A model generated the notes under the pieces. That model searched no databases. It worked only from the letters and a program-made list of their open reading frames with translations, and was not told the DNA's origin. A stretch of 64,000 nt of DNA from a virus (Duplodnaviria > Heunggongvirae > Uroviricota > Caudoviricetes). Location of the stretch: positions 1 to 64,000 of the IMG/VR virus record IMGVR_UViG_3300031992_000008; one strand, given 5' to 3'. The translations under genes were made by a program, and so were the position numbers. Shown piece by piece: positions 24,996-34,885 of this stretch (positions are counted from its first letter, which is position 1; every line of letters begins with the position of its first letter).

Positions 24996-25730
24996 ATGTC
25001 CGAAGAAACCAAAACCGAAGAAATCAAGTCTGAAGCTGTCGATATGGAAGCCGAAGCTAAGCAGCGTGAAGCAGCAGAAGAACAGAACCGTGAATATGCT
25101 ATCAAGCACATTGTAGAAGTCTACAAGGGTGAAACCATGAAGCATATCGAAGTGACTAAGGGTTACTATAAGACTCTGTACTTCGAACTCCAGAAGGAAA
25201 TGACTGAAACTGGTAAGGGAATCCCTGACTTTGAAAAGTCTGCTATGGAATACTTTGAAAACGTCACTTCCCACCATGACGAAGATAAGCTTAGCAATCC
25301 TGAAGTTACCAAGTATCTTGCTCTTCGCCACTTCAATCATTCTACCCACGGCGAATTCCGTATCACTGAAGAAGAAGCTGAAAGAGGCGAAGAACTTATC
25401 CGTCAGCACCGTATCAGCAATACCCACCACGTTGAATGCGGTATGTTCCATTTGGCTCGTTGCACTACGTTCGGTGAAAACAAGTCTCCGTTCAAGTACA
25501 ACTACTTTGCACTTATGGAAATGGCTGCTGACTGGTGTTCCGTGGCTGAAGAACTTGGTGTTGACGTAATCCGTTGGTTCCATACACAGCTTAAGCGTGG
25601 AGTGTATGTGCTTCCGGATGAAGTGATCCAGACTCTTGAACACTTTGCAAGGCTCTTGAAACCGTTCCTCGAAGAAAACCGCAAGCTTGGAAGATTCGGT
25701 CTTAATCAGCCTGATCATTGCATCAAGTAA
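24996..25730 (+). CDS. hypothetical acidic protein (244 aa), probably highly expressed
   Basis: GGAG SD; GC3-rich codons; class-2 leader element upstream; terminator downstream. Confidence 0.7.
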   Translation: MSEETKTEEIKSEAVDMEAEAKQREAAEEQNREYAIKHIVEVYKGETMKHIEVTKGYYKTLYFELQKEMTETGKGIPDFEKSAMEYFENVTSHHDEDKLSNPEVTKYLALRHFNHSTHGEFRITEEEAERGEELIRQHRISNTHHVECGMFHLARCTTFGENKSPFKYNYFALMEMAADWCSVAEELGVDVIRWFHTQLKRGVYVLPDEVIQTLEHFARLLKPFLEENRKLGRFGLNQPDHCIK

Positions 25731-25736
25731 GAACTT

Positions 25737-25768
25737 ATAGCTGAAGAAAATTCTTCAGCTATTTTTAT
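25737..25768 (+). terminator. intrinsic terminator
   Basis: atagctgaagaa aa ttcttcagctat then TTTTAT. Confidence 0.65.
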
Positions 25769-25781
25769 ATAGTGAGGCTGT

Positions 25782-25961
25782 ATGAACGAAGAGATAAGGA
25801 CAATGGCTACTATCTATGCAGCACAGAATGCCGGAAATCCAGATGGTTTCTACTATTCCATTACAGCTCCGGGCCATTTTGCTGCCGTAGCATTTGTAGC
25901 CTTTATTGTACTTATAGGGGTGGTACTTTTTATTTTTGATATTTTCTCACCAAAGGAATAA
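25782..25961 (+). CDS. small protein with C-terminal TM helix (59 aa), not in ORF track
   Basis: GTGAGG SD; ..FAAVAFVAFIVLIGVVLFIFDIF; stop 1 nt before next ATG. Confidence 0.45.
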   Translation: MNEEIRTMATIYAAQNAGNPDGFYYSITAPGHFAAVAFVAFIVLIGVVLFIFDIFSPKE

Positions 25962-25962
25962 T

Positions 25963-26379
25963 ATGGATGAAGAAGTAAACATTGATGTAAAGGAAACTAC
26001 TCTTGAAAATTTCCTGAGTAAGAATGAATCCGTCGTTAAGCAGATAATTTCTAAGATCCCTGCCGGAAACAAGGAAATGCTATCGAATCTAGTATTAAAG
26101 ATTCTTGATGACAAAAGTACAAAGCTTCTGTCTGTGATCGGAACTAGACTTAAGCGTGAGATTGGATTCCAACAGGAGCTAAAGCTACTGTTGTGGTTTA
26201 TATCTGAAAAGGTGCTACTAACAGGAAAGAACCAGTGGAGCAGAATATCTGGAGGAGCCTATAGCGGATTCCCCGATGCTGTGAAGGCAGATATTATGAG
26301 CCGAAAAGTCTATATCGCATATATAAACGAGGCAGATTTTAATGGTTTGACTGTAAAAGATATCGAAAATTCTTTATAA
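25963..26379 (+). CDS. hypothetical protein (138 aa)
   Basis: AAAGGA SD before ATG 25963 (track start 25936 is TTG). Confidence 0.55.
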   Translation: MDEEVNIDVKETTLENFLSKNESVVKQIISKIPAGNKEMLSNLVLKILDDKSTKLLSVIGTRLKREIGFQQELKLLLWFISEKVLLTGKNQWSRISGGAYSGFPDAVKADIMSRKVYIAYINEADFNGLTVKDIENSL

Positions 26380-26414
26380 ATGAACTGAATTTACTAACTA
26401 ACCATTGAAATACG

Positions 26415-26424
26415 GGTCGCGACC
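26415..26424. repeat. perfect 10-bp palindrome GGTCGCGACC
   Basis: GC-rich palindrome in AT-rich leader, 55 nt upstream of 26478 gene. Confidence 0.5.
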
Positions 26425-26477
26425 GAAGAAACCTGTAGTTTTCATAAACGTTTAACTTACAAACAAGGATACATACT

Positions 26478-27575
26478 ATGTACTTTGAAAAATTCCTCGA
26501 CGGCTCCTACGCCGCCTCTGAAAGCGTTTCGCACGTGGATATTCTCGTTTCCGCTATGGAAGGCGCTGAATTTGCCGCTGACGCTGAAATCGCTCTTATC
26601 GAAGAAGATGGTCGTCTTTGCATGACCGTTGGTGCTGAAGGTATCGGCGATGCTATGGCTGCTGTTGCTGACAAGGCCAAGGAAATTGGTACGAAGATTT
26701 GGAAGTGGCTCGTTGAGTTCATGCGCAAGGTTCGTGCTTTCGTGTCTCAGGCCATCATTTCTCTCCGTCAGGGTGCTGTTATGAACACTCTGAAGAAGAT
26801 CATTGCTAAGGGTAAGACCAAGGCTAAGAATGATGAATGGATGGAAAATGCTCCGAAGCCGGAACGTGTTACCAAGTGGAACGTTGATTTGCAGCGTGCT
26901 GTGAACGGCATTTGGTTCATCACTGAAAAGGCTATCGACAAGCTCTATGACACCGCTGGCAAGCTCAACAACAAGCTCACCAAGTCGATGGGCAAGTCTG
27001 AATCTTTCGGTAGCACTCACGATGGTACGGGTGCTTATACCAACATGAAGTCCGGCGTTGCTGACTCTGATGGCGAAATCGATGCTATCCTCGATGAAAT
27101 TCCGACCATCAAGGATGACAATGGCACCACGCAGACCTTCAGAAACCACACCACGACTGCTCAGGGCAAGATGGCTAACTCTCAGTGGGCCATTCGTCTC
27201 GATGGCAATATCGTGAAGCAGATGAAGATTGACTCCAACGAAAACAACAGCAAAATCATTCAGAAGGCTGTTTCCGCTGCCAACTGGCTCGCCAACAGCA
27301 TGAAGAAGGATCCTGTCCTCAAGGCTTACGACATTCTCAAGCTCCTCGATACCGAAGTGTCCTTCGTGAAGAAACTCTGCGAAGACGCTGGTAAGGCTGG
27401 TGCTAAGGAACTCAAGAGAATCAAGAAGATCCAGAAGGCCGTTTCCAAGATCGGTACGACTGTTACGCTCTTCTGCCGTCGTCAGCTCGGTTCCTACAAG
27501 AAGGCTACTGCGCTCATCATGCGTATGTACTCTGTTGCTGGTTCCATGGAAAAGGACGACTATAACGAAGACTAA
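26478..27575 (+). CDS. hypothetical Ala-rich protein (365 aa), probably highly expressed (virion?)
   Basis: AAGGA SD; GC3-rich codons; perfect 10-bp palindrome about 55 nt upstream; terminator downstream. Confidence 0.7.
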   Translation: MYFEKFLDGSYAASESVSHVDILVSAMEGAEFAADAEIALIEEDGRLCMTVGAEGIGDAMAAVADKAKEIGTKIWKWLVEFMRKVRAFVSQAIISLRQGAVMNTLKKIIAKGKTKAKNDEWMENAPKPERVTKWNVDLQRAVNGIWFITEKAIDKLYDTAGKLNNKLTKSMGKSESFGSTHDGTGAYTNMKSGVADSDGEIDAILDEIPTIKDDNGTTQTFRNHTTTAQGKMANSQWAIRLDGNIVKQMKIDSNENNSKIIQKAVSAANWLANSMKKDPVLKAYDILKLLDTEVSFVKKLCEDAGKAGAKELKRIKKIQKAVSKIGTTVTLFCRRQLGSYKKATALIMRMYSVAGSMEKDDYNED

Positions 27576-27600
27576 TTCGGCCTCGTTTCTAGTGCTTATT

Positions 27601-27637
27601 AAACCTATAAGGGTAAAACCTTATAGGTTTATTTTTA
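27601..27637 (+). terminator. intrinsic terminator
   Basis: aaacctataagg gtaaa accttataggttt then ATTTTTAT. Confidence 0.65.
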
Positions 27638-27669
27638 TGAACTCATGATTGAAAAACAATGAGGACATT

Positions 27670-28059
27670 ATGGACTTGAAAGAATTTGAAAACCTCTCCG
27701 TAGAGGATAAGGAAATCCTTATGGAGATCCTTAATGATACTATGGATATCTTTAGAGAATACCCTGACGAAGAAGAACCTGAAAAGGTTGAAGCTCAAGA
27801 AGGCGTAATGATTAAGCGCATGAACTGGACTACTCAGGGCGTGATAGATAAGAAGGTGTCTAAGGTCTGTGTGCTTTTGGCTAAAGCTAATGGCGATCCA
27901 TTGTACAATAGATTCAAAGTCTTTAGAGATAAATGGAGATTCTTCAGAGAGAAGATTCGTCTCAAATACGGTGGAAGAGCCAGAGCTATTGTACTTTCCA
28001 ATGGTGGTGTGAATGCTACCGATCTTGGAGAAGCTGTGAAGGCTGCTCTGCATAAATAA
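27670..28059 (+). CDS. hypothetical protein (129 aa)
   Basis: GAGGA SD before ATG 27670. Confidence 0.55.
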   Translation: MDLKEFENLSVEDKEILMEILNDTMDIFREYPDEEEPEKVEAQEGVMIKRMNWTTQGVIDKKVSKVCVLLAKANGDPLYNRFKVFRDKWRFFREKIRLKYGGRARAIVLSNGGVNATDLGEAVKAALHK

Positions 28060-28106
28060 TACTAGTGTCTCTAAACAGAGACACTTAATTTAACCAAAGG
28101 AACCAT

Positions 28107-28859
28107 ATGGAACTTGAATACTCTAATTTTGATGAGGAAATCGAAGCTCTGAAGAAAGAAGCAAACGAGCTAGATTCCCTGTATAAAGACTCTGAAATAC
28201 TTTTAAAGAATGTGCAGAACTCTAGGAGCCGTGGAAGTCTAGCATTCTCCCATCTCCAGACTGGAAACTTGATTGCAATTAAAAATGCCAAAATATCCGC
28301 TATCAAAGGCATAATGACACTCAAGGAAAAGAAATTCAAACAGCAGCTACAGAAGTTTGCTCTTGATGAAGCTAGCAATAGTGGTGGTTTCTCTGTTGGT
28401 GAGCTTGTTGATATCTTGTCTGCCAATAACGTATCGTATAATCCTAAGAATTTCACTGATGCTGAAGTTGTTGAAGAGGACTTTGAAGCCAAGGTCAAAG
28501 AGCAGCTTGAGAAGTCTAAGGAAGTTGCCAAAGCTTCTTATGCGGAGAATGATGGTGGAGACTTTACTCCTGAAGAATATGAAGCTCCTGAACCAGAGCA
28601 GGATCCGGATACTATCGCAGTTGAAGACCTTGTGGACATTCCTGTTAAGACTAGCGAATACGAAATTGTTGCTGAAGCTAAGACTGGAAAGCTTCATGTG
28701 ATCGACCTTGCAGCTAGCCATGATGATATCATTGTCGAAATGGATAAGAACCTAGTTGGTATAAATGAGGACGAGTTAGCTGAAATGGATACCAGTGGTA
28801 TAATCCCTAAGGCTAAATTCAGAGGCAAGGATATCGAAGTAGTCGAGATTGAGACTTAA
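28107..28859 (+). CDS. hypothetical acidic protein (250 aa)
   Basis: AAAGGAA SD; terminator downstream. Confidence 0.65.
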   Translation: MELEYSNFDEEIEALKKEANELDSLYKDSEILLKNVQNSRSRGSLAFSHLQTGNLIAIKNAKISAIKGIMTLKEKKFKQQLQKFALDEASNSGGFSVGELVDILSANNVSYNPKNFTDAEVVEEDFEAKVKEQLEKSKEVAKASYAENDGGDFTPEEYEAPEPEQDPDTIAVEDLVDIPVKTSEYEIVAEAKTGKLHVIDLAASHDDIIVEMDKNLVGINEDELAEMDTSGIIPKAKFRGKDIEVVEIET

Positions 28860-28862
28860 ATT

Positions 28863-28891
28863 AATGGTGTACTTAGGTACACCATTTTTTA
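28863..28891 (+). terminator. intrinsic terminator
   Basis: aatggtgtac ttag gtacaccatt then TTTT. Confidence 0.65.
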
Positions 28892-28932
28892 ATCTTCTTA
28901 ACTAATAAATGCACGAAGATAGAGAGGACTAT

Positions 28933-30843
28933 ATGAGCGATAAGTACAAACTAGTTTCAGTCAAAAAATTGACTACAAAGACTGGTCTGAATTATTACAA
29001 TAATGGTGTACTGACCGTATACTACAAGAACGGTAAGCGTACATATGAATTTGATGAAGATCCGACTGTGAGATTCCATGTCTCTAAGCCTGAATTTGTA
29101 GAGAAGCATGGAGACAATCCTTACGTCGTTCCTCTGGAAGAAACTGAAGAGATCGAATGCAAGTATAAGGAAGTCTATGAAGCCATTATTGACTATCAGG
29201 CTACATTTGATCCTGAAGCTGCTGTAAAGAATTCGAAGTTGCTTGATAGCTTTAGAAAGCGTAAAGTTAGTCCCGAGAATTTCTTTCTCTGCCCATTCGT
29301 CCATGGCGCTGACGTTGATCTCACTGACCACTATATTCGCAGGTTCAACGATGAAAAAATCGCCCCTAATGGTGGAGAAGACCAAGATGTTCGTCTGAAC
29401 AAGGTGTTCTGGGATATTGAATGCGATAACTACATCGTAAGACGATTTGTTGAAGCGGATGAAGCTATCACTCCTATTAATGCTATATCTTGTTTCGATA
29501 GTAGAACGGCTACGCTCGTATTGAGATTCCTTGATGATACCATCGAAGGACAGTATGTGGCAAAGAATCCTCAGATTGACAAGTTCAAACACGAGATCGA
29601 TGCTATTACTGCGAAGTATGAAGCCGAGTGGAACGAAATTCAGACTAAAATCTTCAAAGAAATAAAGAAGCCACATATCAATGTCGAAATCAAGTTCTAT
29701 GGGTATGAAATAGATCTTATTCAGGATCACTTCAATGATCTCAACTACAGGTTTGGTGCAGACGTTGTCATAGCATTCAACCATGGCTTTGACTGGGGTT
29801 TCACTATCAAGCGTCTTGAGAATCTTGGGTTCGATCCGGGCGATATAATTGCTCCTAAAGAATTTCCGAAGGATTATCGTAGGGCTTACTACATTGCGGA
29901 CAGATTTGCAAAGGATATTAAGAAGCGCCATGACGCATTCTATATTCCTGCTTTCTATTGCATTATCGATATGCAGCAGAACTATTATGCAATCCGTAAC
30001 ATGAGCCCAGAAGACTATACTCTTGACTGGTTGGCTGAAAGTGTTATCGGTGTCCGTAAGGTTGAACACGATGATATTGAAATGGCTGACTTCCCATACG
30101 AAGACTACGAGTTGTTCTGTAAATACTCAGGACAGGATACTCTGGTTATGTACTGGATTGAAGAGAAAGTCAGTGACGTTGATACGATCATGCTATTCAG
30201 AGGTCTAACACATACTCGTGAGAACAAGGTGTTGACCAAGACTACAATGCTTCGTAACTTCATCGAGTGGTTCTTTATCAACAAGTGCGATCTGGTGCTG
30301 TCTAACAACCGTACAAGATTGTTCAATAAGATCTACGACAAGAAGCGAGCCAACGGAGATAATCCTATCAAGTATCCAGAGCTAGAGCCGTATAGGAAAG
30401 ATGCTATGGGCGCCGACTATACCGAAGTAGGCGAAGCTGAAGATGAAGACGAATTGTTAAATGATGATCTTGAAGAAATCGAGTCTCAGGTTACAAAGAT
30501 TCAAGAAGAAAAGAAAGTCAAGTTCAAGGGTGCATTCGTGGCTGACCCTAATCTTCTTATCGCAAACGGTATTAAGATTTTGGGTAAGGCTAGTACATTG
30601 ATCTATGACTTTGTATGTGACTCTGACTTGTCTTCTCTATATCCGTCTATTAAGATTGCGTGGAACCTCTTTATCACGACTATGCTTGGAAAGATTCTTC
30701 CGAAGAGCAATACGAATGATATCGAATACTCTGCAACTCTTGCCAATTATATCATGACTAGAAACGATATCAAAATTGGCGAACAATATTTTGGACTTCC
30801 GTCGCACACGGAATGGACAAAGATGATTCTCTCTCGTGCATAA
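28933..30843 (+). CDS. family-B DNA polymerase, N-terminal part only (3'-5' exonuclease domain plus motif A)
   Basis: Exo I VFWDIECD, Exo II NHGFDWGFTI, Exo III YSGQDTLVMY, motif A DFVCDSDLSSLYPSI; ORF stops about 65 aa after motif A; motifs B and C absent. Confidence 0.7.
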   Translation: MSDKYKLVSVKKLTTKTGLNYYNNGVLTVYYKNGKRTYEFDEDPTVRFHVSKPEFVEKHGDNPYVVPLEETEEIECKYKEVYEAIIDYQATFDPEAAVKNSKLLDSFRKRKVSPENFFLCPFVHGADVDLTDHYIRRFNDEKIAPNGGEDQDVRLNKVFWDIECDNYIVRRFVEADEAITPINAISCFDSRTATLVLRFLDDTIEGQYVAKNPQIDKFKHEIDAITAKYEAEWNEIQTKIFKEIKKPHINVEIKFYGYEIDLIQDHFNDLNYRFGADVVIAFNHGFDWGFTIKRLENLGFDPGDIIAPKEFPKDYRRAYYIADRFAKDIKKRHDAFYIPAFYCIIDMQQNYYAIRNMSPEDYTLDWLAESVIGVRKVEHDDIEMADFPYEDYELFCKYSGQDTLVMYWIEEKVSDVDTIMLFRGLTHTRENKVLTKTTMLRNFIEWFFINKCDLVLSNNRTRLFNKIYDKKRANGDNPIKYPELEPYRKDAMGADYTEVGEAEDEDELLNDDLEEIESQVTKIQEEKKVKFKGAFVADPNLLIANGIKILGKASTLIYDFVCDSDLSSLYPSIKIAWNLFITTMLGKILPKSNTNDIEYSATLANYIMTRNDIKIGEQYFGLPSHTEWTKMILSRA

Positions 30844-30846
30844 AAA

Positions 30847-30884
30847 TTATCCACTAGGCTTTTGCTTAGTGGATAATTTTATAT
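30847..30884 (+). terminator. intrinsic terminator after polymerase fragment
   Basis: attatccactagg cttttg cttagtggataat then TTTAT. Confidence 0.55.
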
Positions 30885-30916
30885 AAAGATATAGCCTTAA
30901 TTAAGGAGTCTATTAT

Positions 30917-31048
30917 AATGGCCACAGAAATAGAAGAAAAAGAAGACGAAAGAAGCTTCGAAGAAATTGAAAAAGAAGCCAATGAAAATTTCAATACACG
31001 AATCGATACACTCTTAGAAGAGGTACTTTATGGAATCTAGCGCACTGA
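30917..31048 (+). CDS. small acidic ORF (43 aa), doubtful
   Basis: AAGGAG SD 7 nt upstream; MATEIEEKEDERSFEEIEKEANENF...; overlaps next gene start. Confidence 0.25.
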
Positions 31049-31938
31049 GCGAAATGGCCCATACTGCGGAAATGGTTAATCCGTCTCCGGAGACAACGCC
31101 ATTTGTCAGATCTTCAGCATTGTTCAAGTTTGTGCTGAAGATGAAGAAGAAAATTAGTGATGAACACTTCGATTATGTCGAGAAGTGTCTGAAGACTATC
31201 GCTGATCCCAATAACAACGCTAATAATTGCGTCATGTTTACGGACATTGAAAATGAAACGATGGATCAGCCGTTGTGGTATTTCGGTCTTAACAAGGAAA
31301 CATTAGAACCTGAACCGATTGATGTTATGAAGTATCCCGATTACAGGACGTATTCTTTGATCGTCATTAGTGGCGGTAAGAATATTTGTATTCCCGGAAA
31401 CTGGCGTGATACGATTATCTGTCCGTTCATTGATACGAAGTCAATCTTCAAGAACATCAAGAAAGCTAAAGACTATAATCCGGTCTTTACAAATACGAAA
31501 GCTTTGGAATCTGAAAGCAGTGGAAGACTTACTCTCTTCTATACTAGAGAGATTCCGATGATTTTCGACATGACAGATTGGAATCTTAAGCATGGTTCCT
31601 TTACAGATGAAGCAGGTCATATCCATATCTCTCTGGTTGGCGCTCAAGGTGTCGTTGTTAAGTTCCGAGAATTAGTGTCGGATGCTGATAAGTATGCTGA
31701 CTATATTTTCAAGAATGACAATCTCGATCATCCTGAAAGATTCTTCTTCCCTGAAAACGTTCCCGATGGTTCTGAATTTGCAAAATACAGATATCTTCCG
31801 GGCGTAGTCATGCGAAAGGATGCCAAAGGACACATTTTCCCATCTGTGGAAATTCCGTGTATCTCCGGTATCAACAGTGATCTCTACACTGAAGAATCTG
31901 AAGATATGCAGGAATACTGTGTCTTACTGAGGACTTAG
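31030..31938 (+). CDS. hypothetical protein (302 aa)
   Basis: GAAGG SD. Confidence 0.6.
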   Translation: MESSALSEMAHTAEMVNPSPETTPFVRSSALFKFVLKMKKKISDEHFDYVEKCLKTIADPNNNANNCVMFTDIENETMDQPLWYFGLNKETLEPEPIDVMKYPDYRTYSLIVISGGKNICIPGNWRDTIICPFIDTKSIFKNIKKAKDYNPVFTNTKALESESSGRLTLFYTREIPMIFDMTDWNLKHGSFTDEAGHIHISLVGAQGVVVKFRELVSDADKYADYIFKNDNLDHPERFFFPENVPDGSEFAKYRYLPGVVMRKDAKGHIFPSVEIPCISGINSDLYTEESEDMQEYCVLLRT

Positions 31939-32025
31939 CGAAAAAGTCTTGTGGGGGTGTTAGCAATAATACCCTTACTTTTTTGTATATGGAACTTTCT
32001 AATGAAATTTATACAAGAGGCTGAC

Positions 32026-34845
32026 ATGGCAACTGAAGTGGATCCGACCCTTAACACCATTAGTAATGATCAATTTGGATTTATGCAAGCTTTTATGAAG
32101 CTTGCAGAAAAATGTTTCCCGCAGGTTCCGGATAATGCTGAAGATACTACTAAGGCTGGCATGTTCGGATACTTGACCGAAATTGCTTCTCATAGCTCTA
32201 AGGCTTCGCAGTTCCATAGAAATTTGCTCTATAACGAATTTTTCTTGAATACTGCTATCATGCCTTCGACAGTCTACAACACGGCTGAGTCGGAAGGCGT
32301 TGAACTCAAGGCTTCTAGACCTTCGTCTTGTACCCTCGTTGTTAACATTGAGAAGACTAAGTTCCTTAGCCTGATCGATGCTAGTGATACAGACTGGCTT
32401 GTTATCAATAGAGAAGATTTCCTTGTAAATCTTGATGATGTTGAGTTTAGACTTCCGTTCTCTTTGATCTTTAGCCGTAATGCCAATGGTATCAAAGGCT
32501 ACTACAGAAGTATTTCTATCTCTGATGGTGGAAGGACTTGGTCTGCTGAAGCTCCGCTGTTTGAAACCCAGTATGACTTCAAGAACAACTTCTCAGTTCC
32601 TATTAAGGAATTCTTTGATCCGGCTGCAAATGCTACGATGGTTTCTTTTTCCATCCTTGTGTTCAATGTGATCTTTGAATACTACGAAAACATCTATACT
32701 GACTCCTCTAATGCAAGTATTAGTAAGTACATGATCGACTTCGAAAATAAGTATGTCAGTGCTACTGCATTTGAAAGAGTTAATGAAGAAGATGAATGGC
32801 AACAGCTGGAAGTAGTCACATCTTCTCTGAAGAGCGTTAGTGAAACTAGTCATAGTGTCTTCTTGAAGAGACTTGATAGCGATACTGTGCTCTACTACTT
32901 CGGTCGTGGTGACAGGTCTTATATTCCTGAAAACGGAACCTTCCTAAGATTTATTGTTGCTACTACCAACGGCGAAAATGGTAACTTTACCTTCAAGGGT
33001 ACTCCTGCCATTAGCATTGATAAGGTTGACTACGCATCCGAATTTACTTCTTGGGTATTCTCCTCTCCGGCAGGTGGATCTGACGAAGATTCTCTGATGA
33101 CTCATAAGAAGGATATCTATACTAACCGTACCAAGGCTAAGCTTCTTGGTTCTGAAAACGACCTTAATGAATTTTTTGCTAGTACGTCTGTTGGTAATGA
33201 GAAGACTAAAGTTCTGGTGTTCAAGAAAAGTGATGACTTGATTAACCGTGAATTTAACTCATTCTGTATGCTTTCCGATGACACTTGTACATACGAAACA
33301 AACACTATTCCGAATGTTCGTATTAATAATGTGATCGAAGAAGGTGATACTAAGAGAGCAAAGATTCTTCCTTATATGCCCATCAAGTATACGCTGCCAT
33401 ATGGTACCAAACATGATACTAACTCTGAGGCATACTATAAGGATGCTGAGGTAATTGATGTACGAGATCCGATCAACGACATCAAGTCTCTATTGCTCAA
33501 TAGAAATGAGTTCATTTACTTCTCGCCGTACTCATATTATTTAATTAGTGGCGATACTAAAATAGATGTATACATCTATGATGAGCACGTTGACGAGAAT
33601 TACTCTGTCTTCATCAAGACCCTTACATCTGAATCTACGGATACTCCTATTATTAACTTTGTGAAGGCAAAGAGAAATCCTGCTCTTAGTAATCTCATCC
33701 ATGTATATGCCTATGTGACTGAAGCTGAGACTAGCAATAACCGTTATTTTTTGATGCTAAAGAATAATGAAGATAAGACCATTGCAATCGAACTTGTAAG
33801 AAATGTCGATGAAGGCTGTTATGAGATTGCTCTCTACACCACTGACATTGCTTCAGGTACTACTTATAAAGCTCATAGCATTGGTGTTAAGAGCTATGGC
33901 TATGATATGTACGAGACTGAGTTCTATGCTGAAGGATCTGATACTCCTTCGTGGAAGAAACAGGATCTTGAACAGTTCTTGGCTACAGCAGAAGCATATA
34001 TCTATTGTCTTGAACCAATCGATAACAACAACTTGATTCCTGACAACAAGTCCGAGTACGACGATCTTAAGGGTGCTACCATAGAACTGGTTGATTACAG
34101 ACTTAAGTCTATCAGTACAATTTCTGGTGGCTTTAAGTTCTTCGAGAACATGAATGATGTTATGTCCGTCGAAGTTAAGATCAGACCTAATGAAGACCCT
34201 GATACACATGATATTTTTCTCGATATGATGCCGCTCGTTGGTGGTAGGATGCTCTACTCTGACTCCGTTTACAATAGCTTCATGGCTCTCGAAAAGAGTG
34301 TCGTAGAATCTATCAGAGCAGCTGCAAAACGTCTTCACAACAATACTAGACTGAACCTTAAGTTCTTCAACACTTATGGAAGGACTACATTCTGGTATGG
34401 TCAGACCCTTGCCACGTCTGAAAGTGAACAAGTCACGAAGTGCTTGGAGAAACCGAACCTCTTCTATGAAATCATTGTCGATAGACCTAACGGTTACGAT
34501 GAAGATATCGAAAAGGGAATCTCCGGAATTATCCGCAACTGGACTGAATCCTTGTTTGACATGATTTACAACAATGTGCTTATCACAGAACGTATTTCTC
34601 TTAGTAACCTATTGAAAGAATTGGAATCTAAGATTACAGACTGTGACTCCATCAATATTAAATCTGTTAATGAGATTGATCACCTTAAGTATATCATTCC
34701 TATTACTGGATATAGAGATCTACTGTCTGGTGAAGGGTCTAAGGAAGACTTCGTTCCTTCATTCTTGTCTGTGAACCTTGGTGTTCTTAATGAAAGCCGT
34801 TCTCTCAAGAAAGAAAACGATATCCTTATTCAGTTCATTTCTTAA
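32026..34845 (+). CDS. large hypothetical protein (about 939 aa); possibly portal or other virion protein
   Basis: AGAGG SD before ATG 32026 (track start 31951 is GTG); size and position upstream of the terminase are the only basis for the portal guess. Confidence 0.6.
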   Translation: MATEVDPTLNTISNDQFGFMQAFMKLAEKCFPQVPDNAEDTTKAGMFGYLTEIASHSSKASQFHRNLLYNEFFLNTAIMPSTVYNTAESEGVELKASRPSSCTLVVNIEKTKFLSLIDASDTDWLVINREDFLVNLDDVEFRLPFSLIFSRNANGIKGYYRSISISDGGRTWSAEAPLFETQYDFKNNFSVPIKEFFDPAANATMVSFSILVFNVIFEYYENIYTDSSNASISKYMIDFENKYVSATAFERVNEEDEWQQLEVVTSSLKSVSETSHSVFLKRLDSDTVLYYFGRGDRSYIPENGTFLRFIVATTNGENGNFTFKGTPAISIDKVDYASEFTSWVFSSPAGGSDEDSLMTHKKDIYTNRTKAKLLGSENDLNEFFASTSVGNEKTKVLVFKKSDDLINREFNSFCMLSDDTCTYETNTIPNVRINNVIEEGDTKRAKILPYMPIKYTLPYGTKHDTNSEAYYKDAEVIDVRDPINDIKSLLLNRNEFIYFSPYSYYLISGDTKIDVYIYDEHVDENYSVFIKTLTSESTDTPIINFVKAKRNPALSNLIHVYAYVTEAETSNNRYFLMLKNNEDKTIAIELVRNVDEGCYEIALYTTDIASGTTYKAHSIGVKSYGYDMYETEFYAEGSDTPSWKKQDLEQFLATAEAYIYCLEPIDNNNLIPDNKSEYDDLKGATIELVDYRLKSISTISGGFKFFENMNDVMSVEVKIRPNEDPDTHDIFLDMMPLVGGRMLYSDSVYNSFMALEKSVVESIRAAAKRLHNNTRLNLKFFNTYGRTTFWYGQTLATSESEQVTKCLEKPNLFYEIIVDRPNGYDEDIEKGISGIIRNWTESLFDMIYNNVLITERISLSNLLKELESKITDCDSINIKSVNEIDHLKYIIPITGYRDLLSGEGSKEDFVPSFLSVNLGVLNESRSLKKENDILIQFIS

Positions 34846-34885
34846 AATTAAATTCAGTATACTAATGTATACTGAATTTTTTATT
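34846..34885. terminator. bidirectional terminator
   Basis: aattcagtatac taatg tatactgaatt with flanking A and T runs. Confidence 0.65.

Noticed and set aside
25936-25962. Track start codons at 25936, 23694, 24848, 31951 and 63998
   Set aside because: These are TTG or GTG codons rendered as M by the ORF finder. In each case an in-frame ATG with a proper Shine-Dalgarno lies a few codons downstream and was used instead. The last is at the window edge, so that gene is called partial.
31951-34845. DASDTDW in the 939-aa protein as a possible PolB motif C (DTDS)
   Set aside because: It lacks the preceding Y(G/A) and the flanking hydrophobic beta-strand context. No motif B lies upstream in the same ORF. 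Treated as chance.
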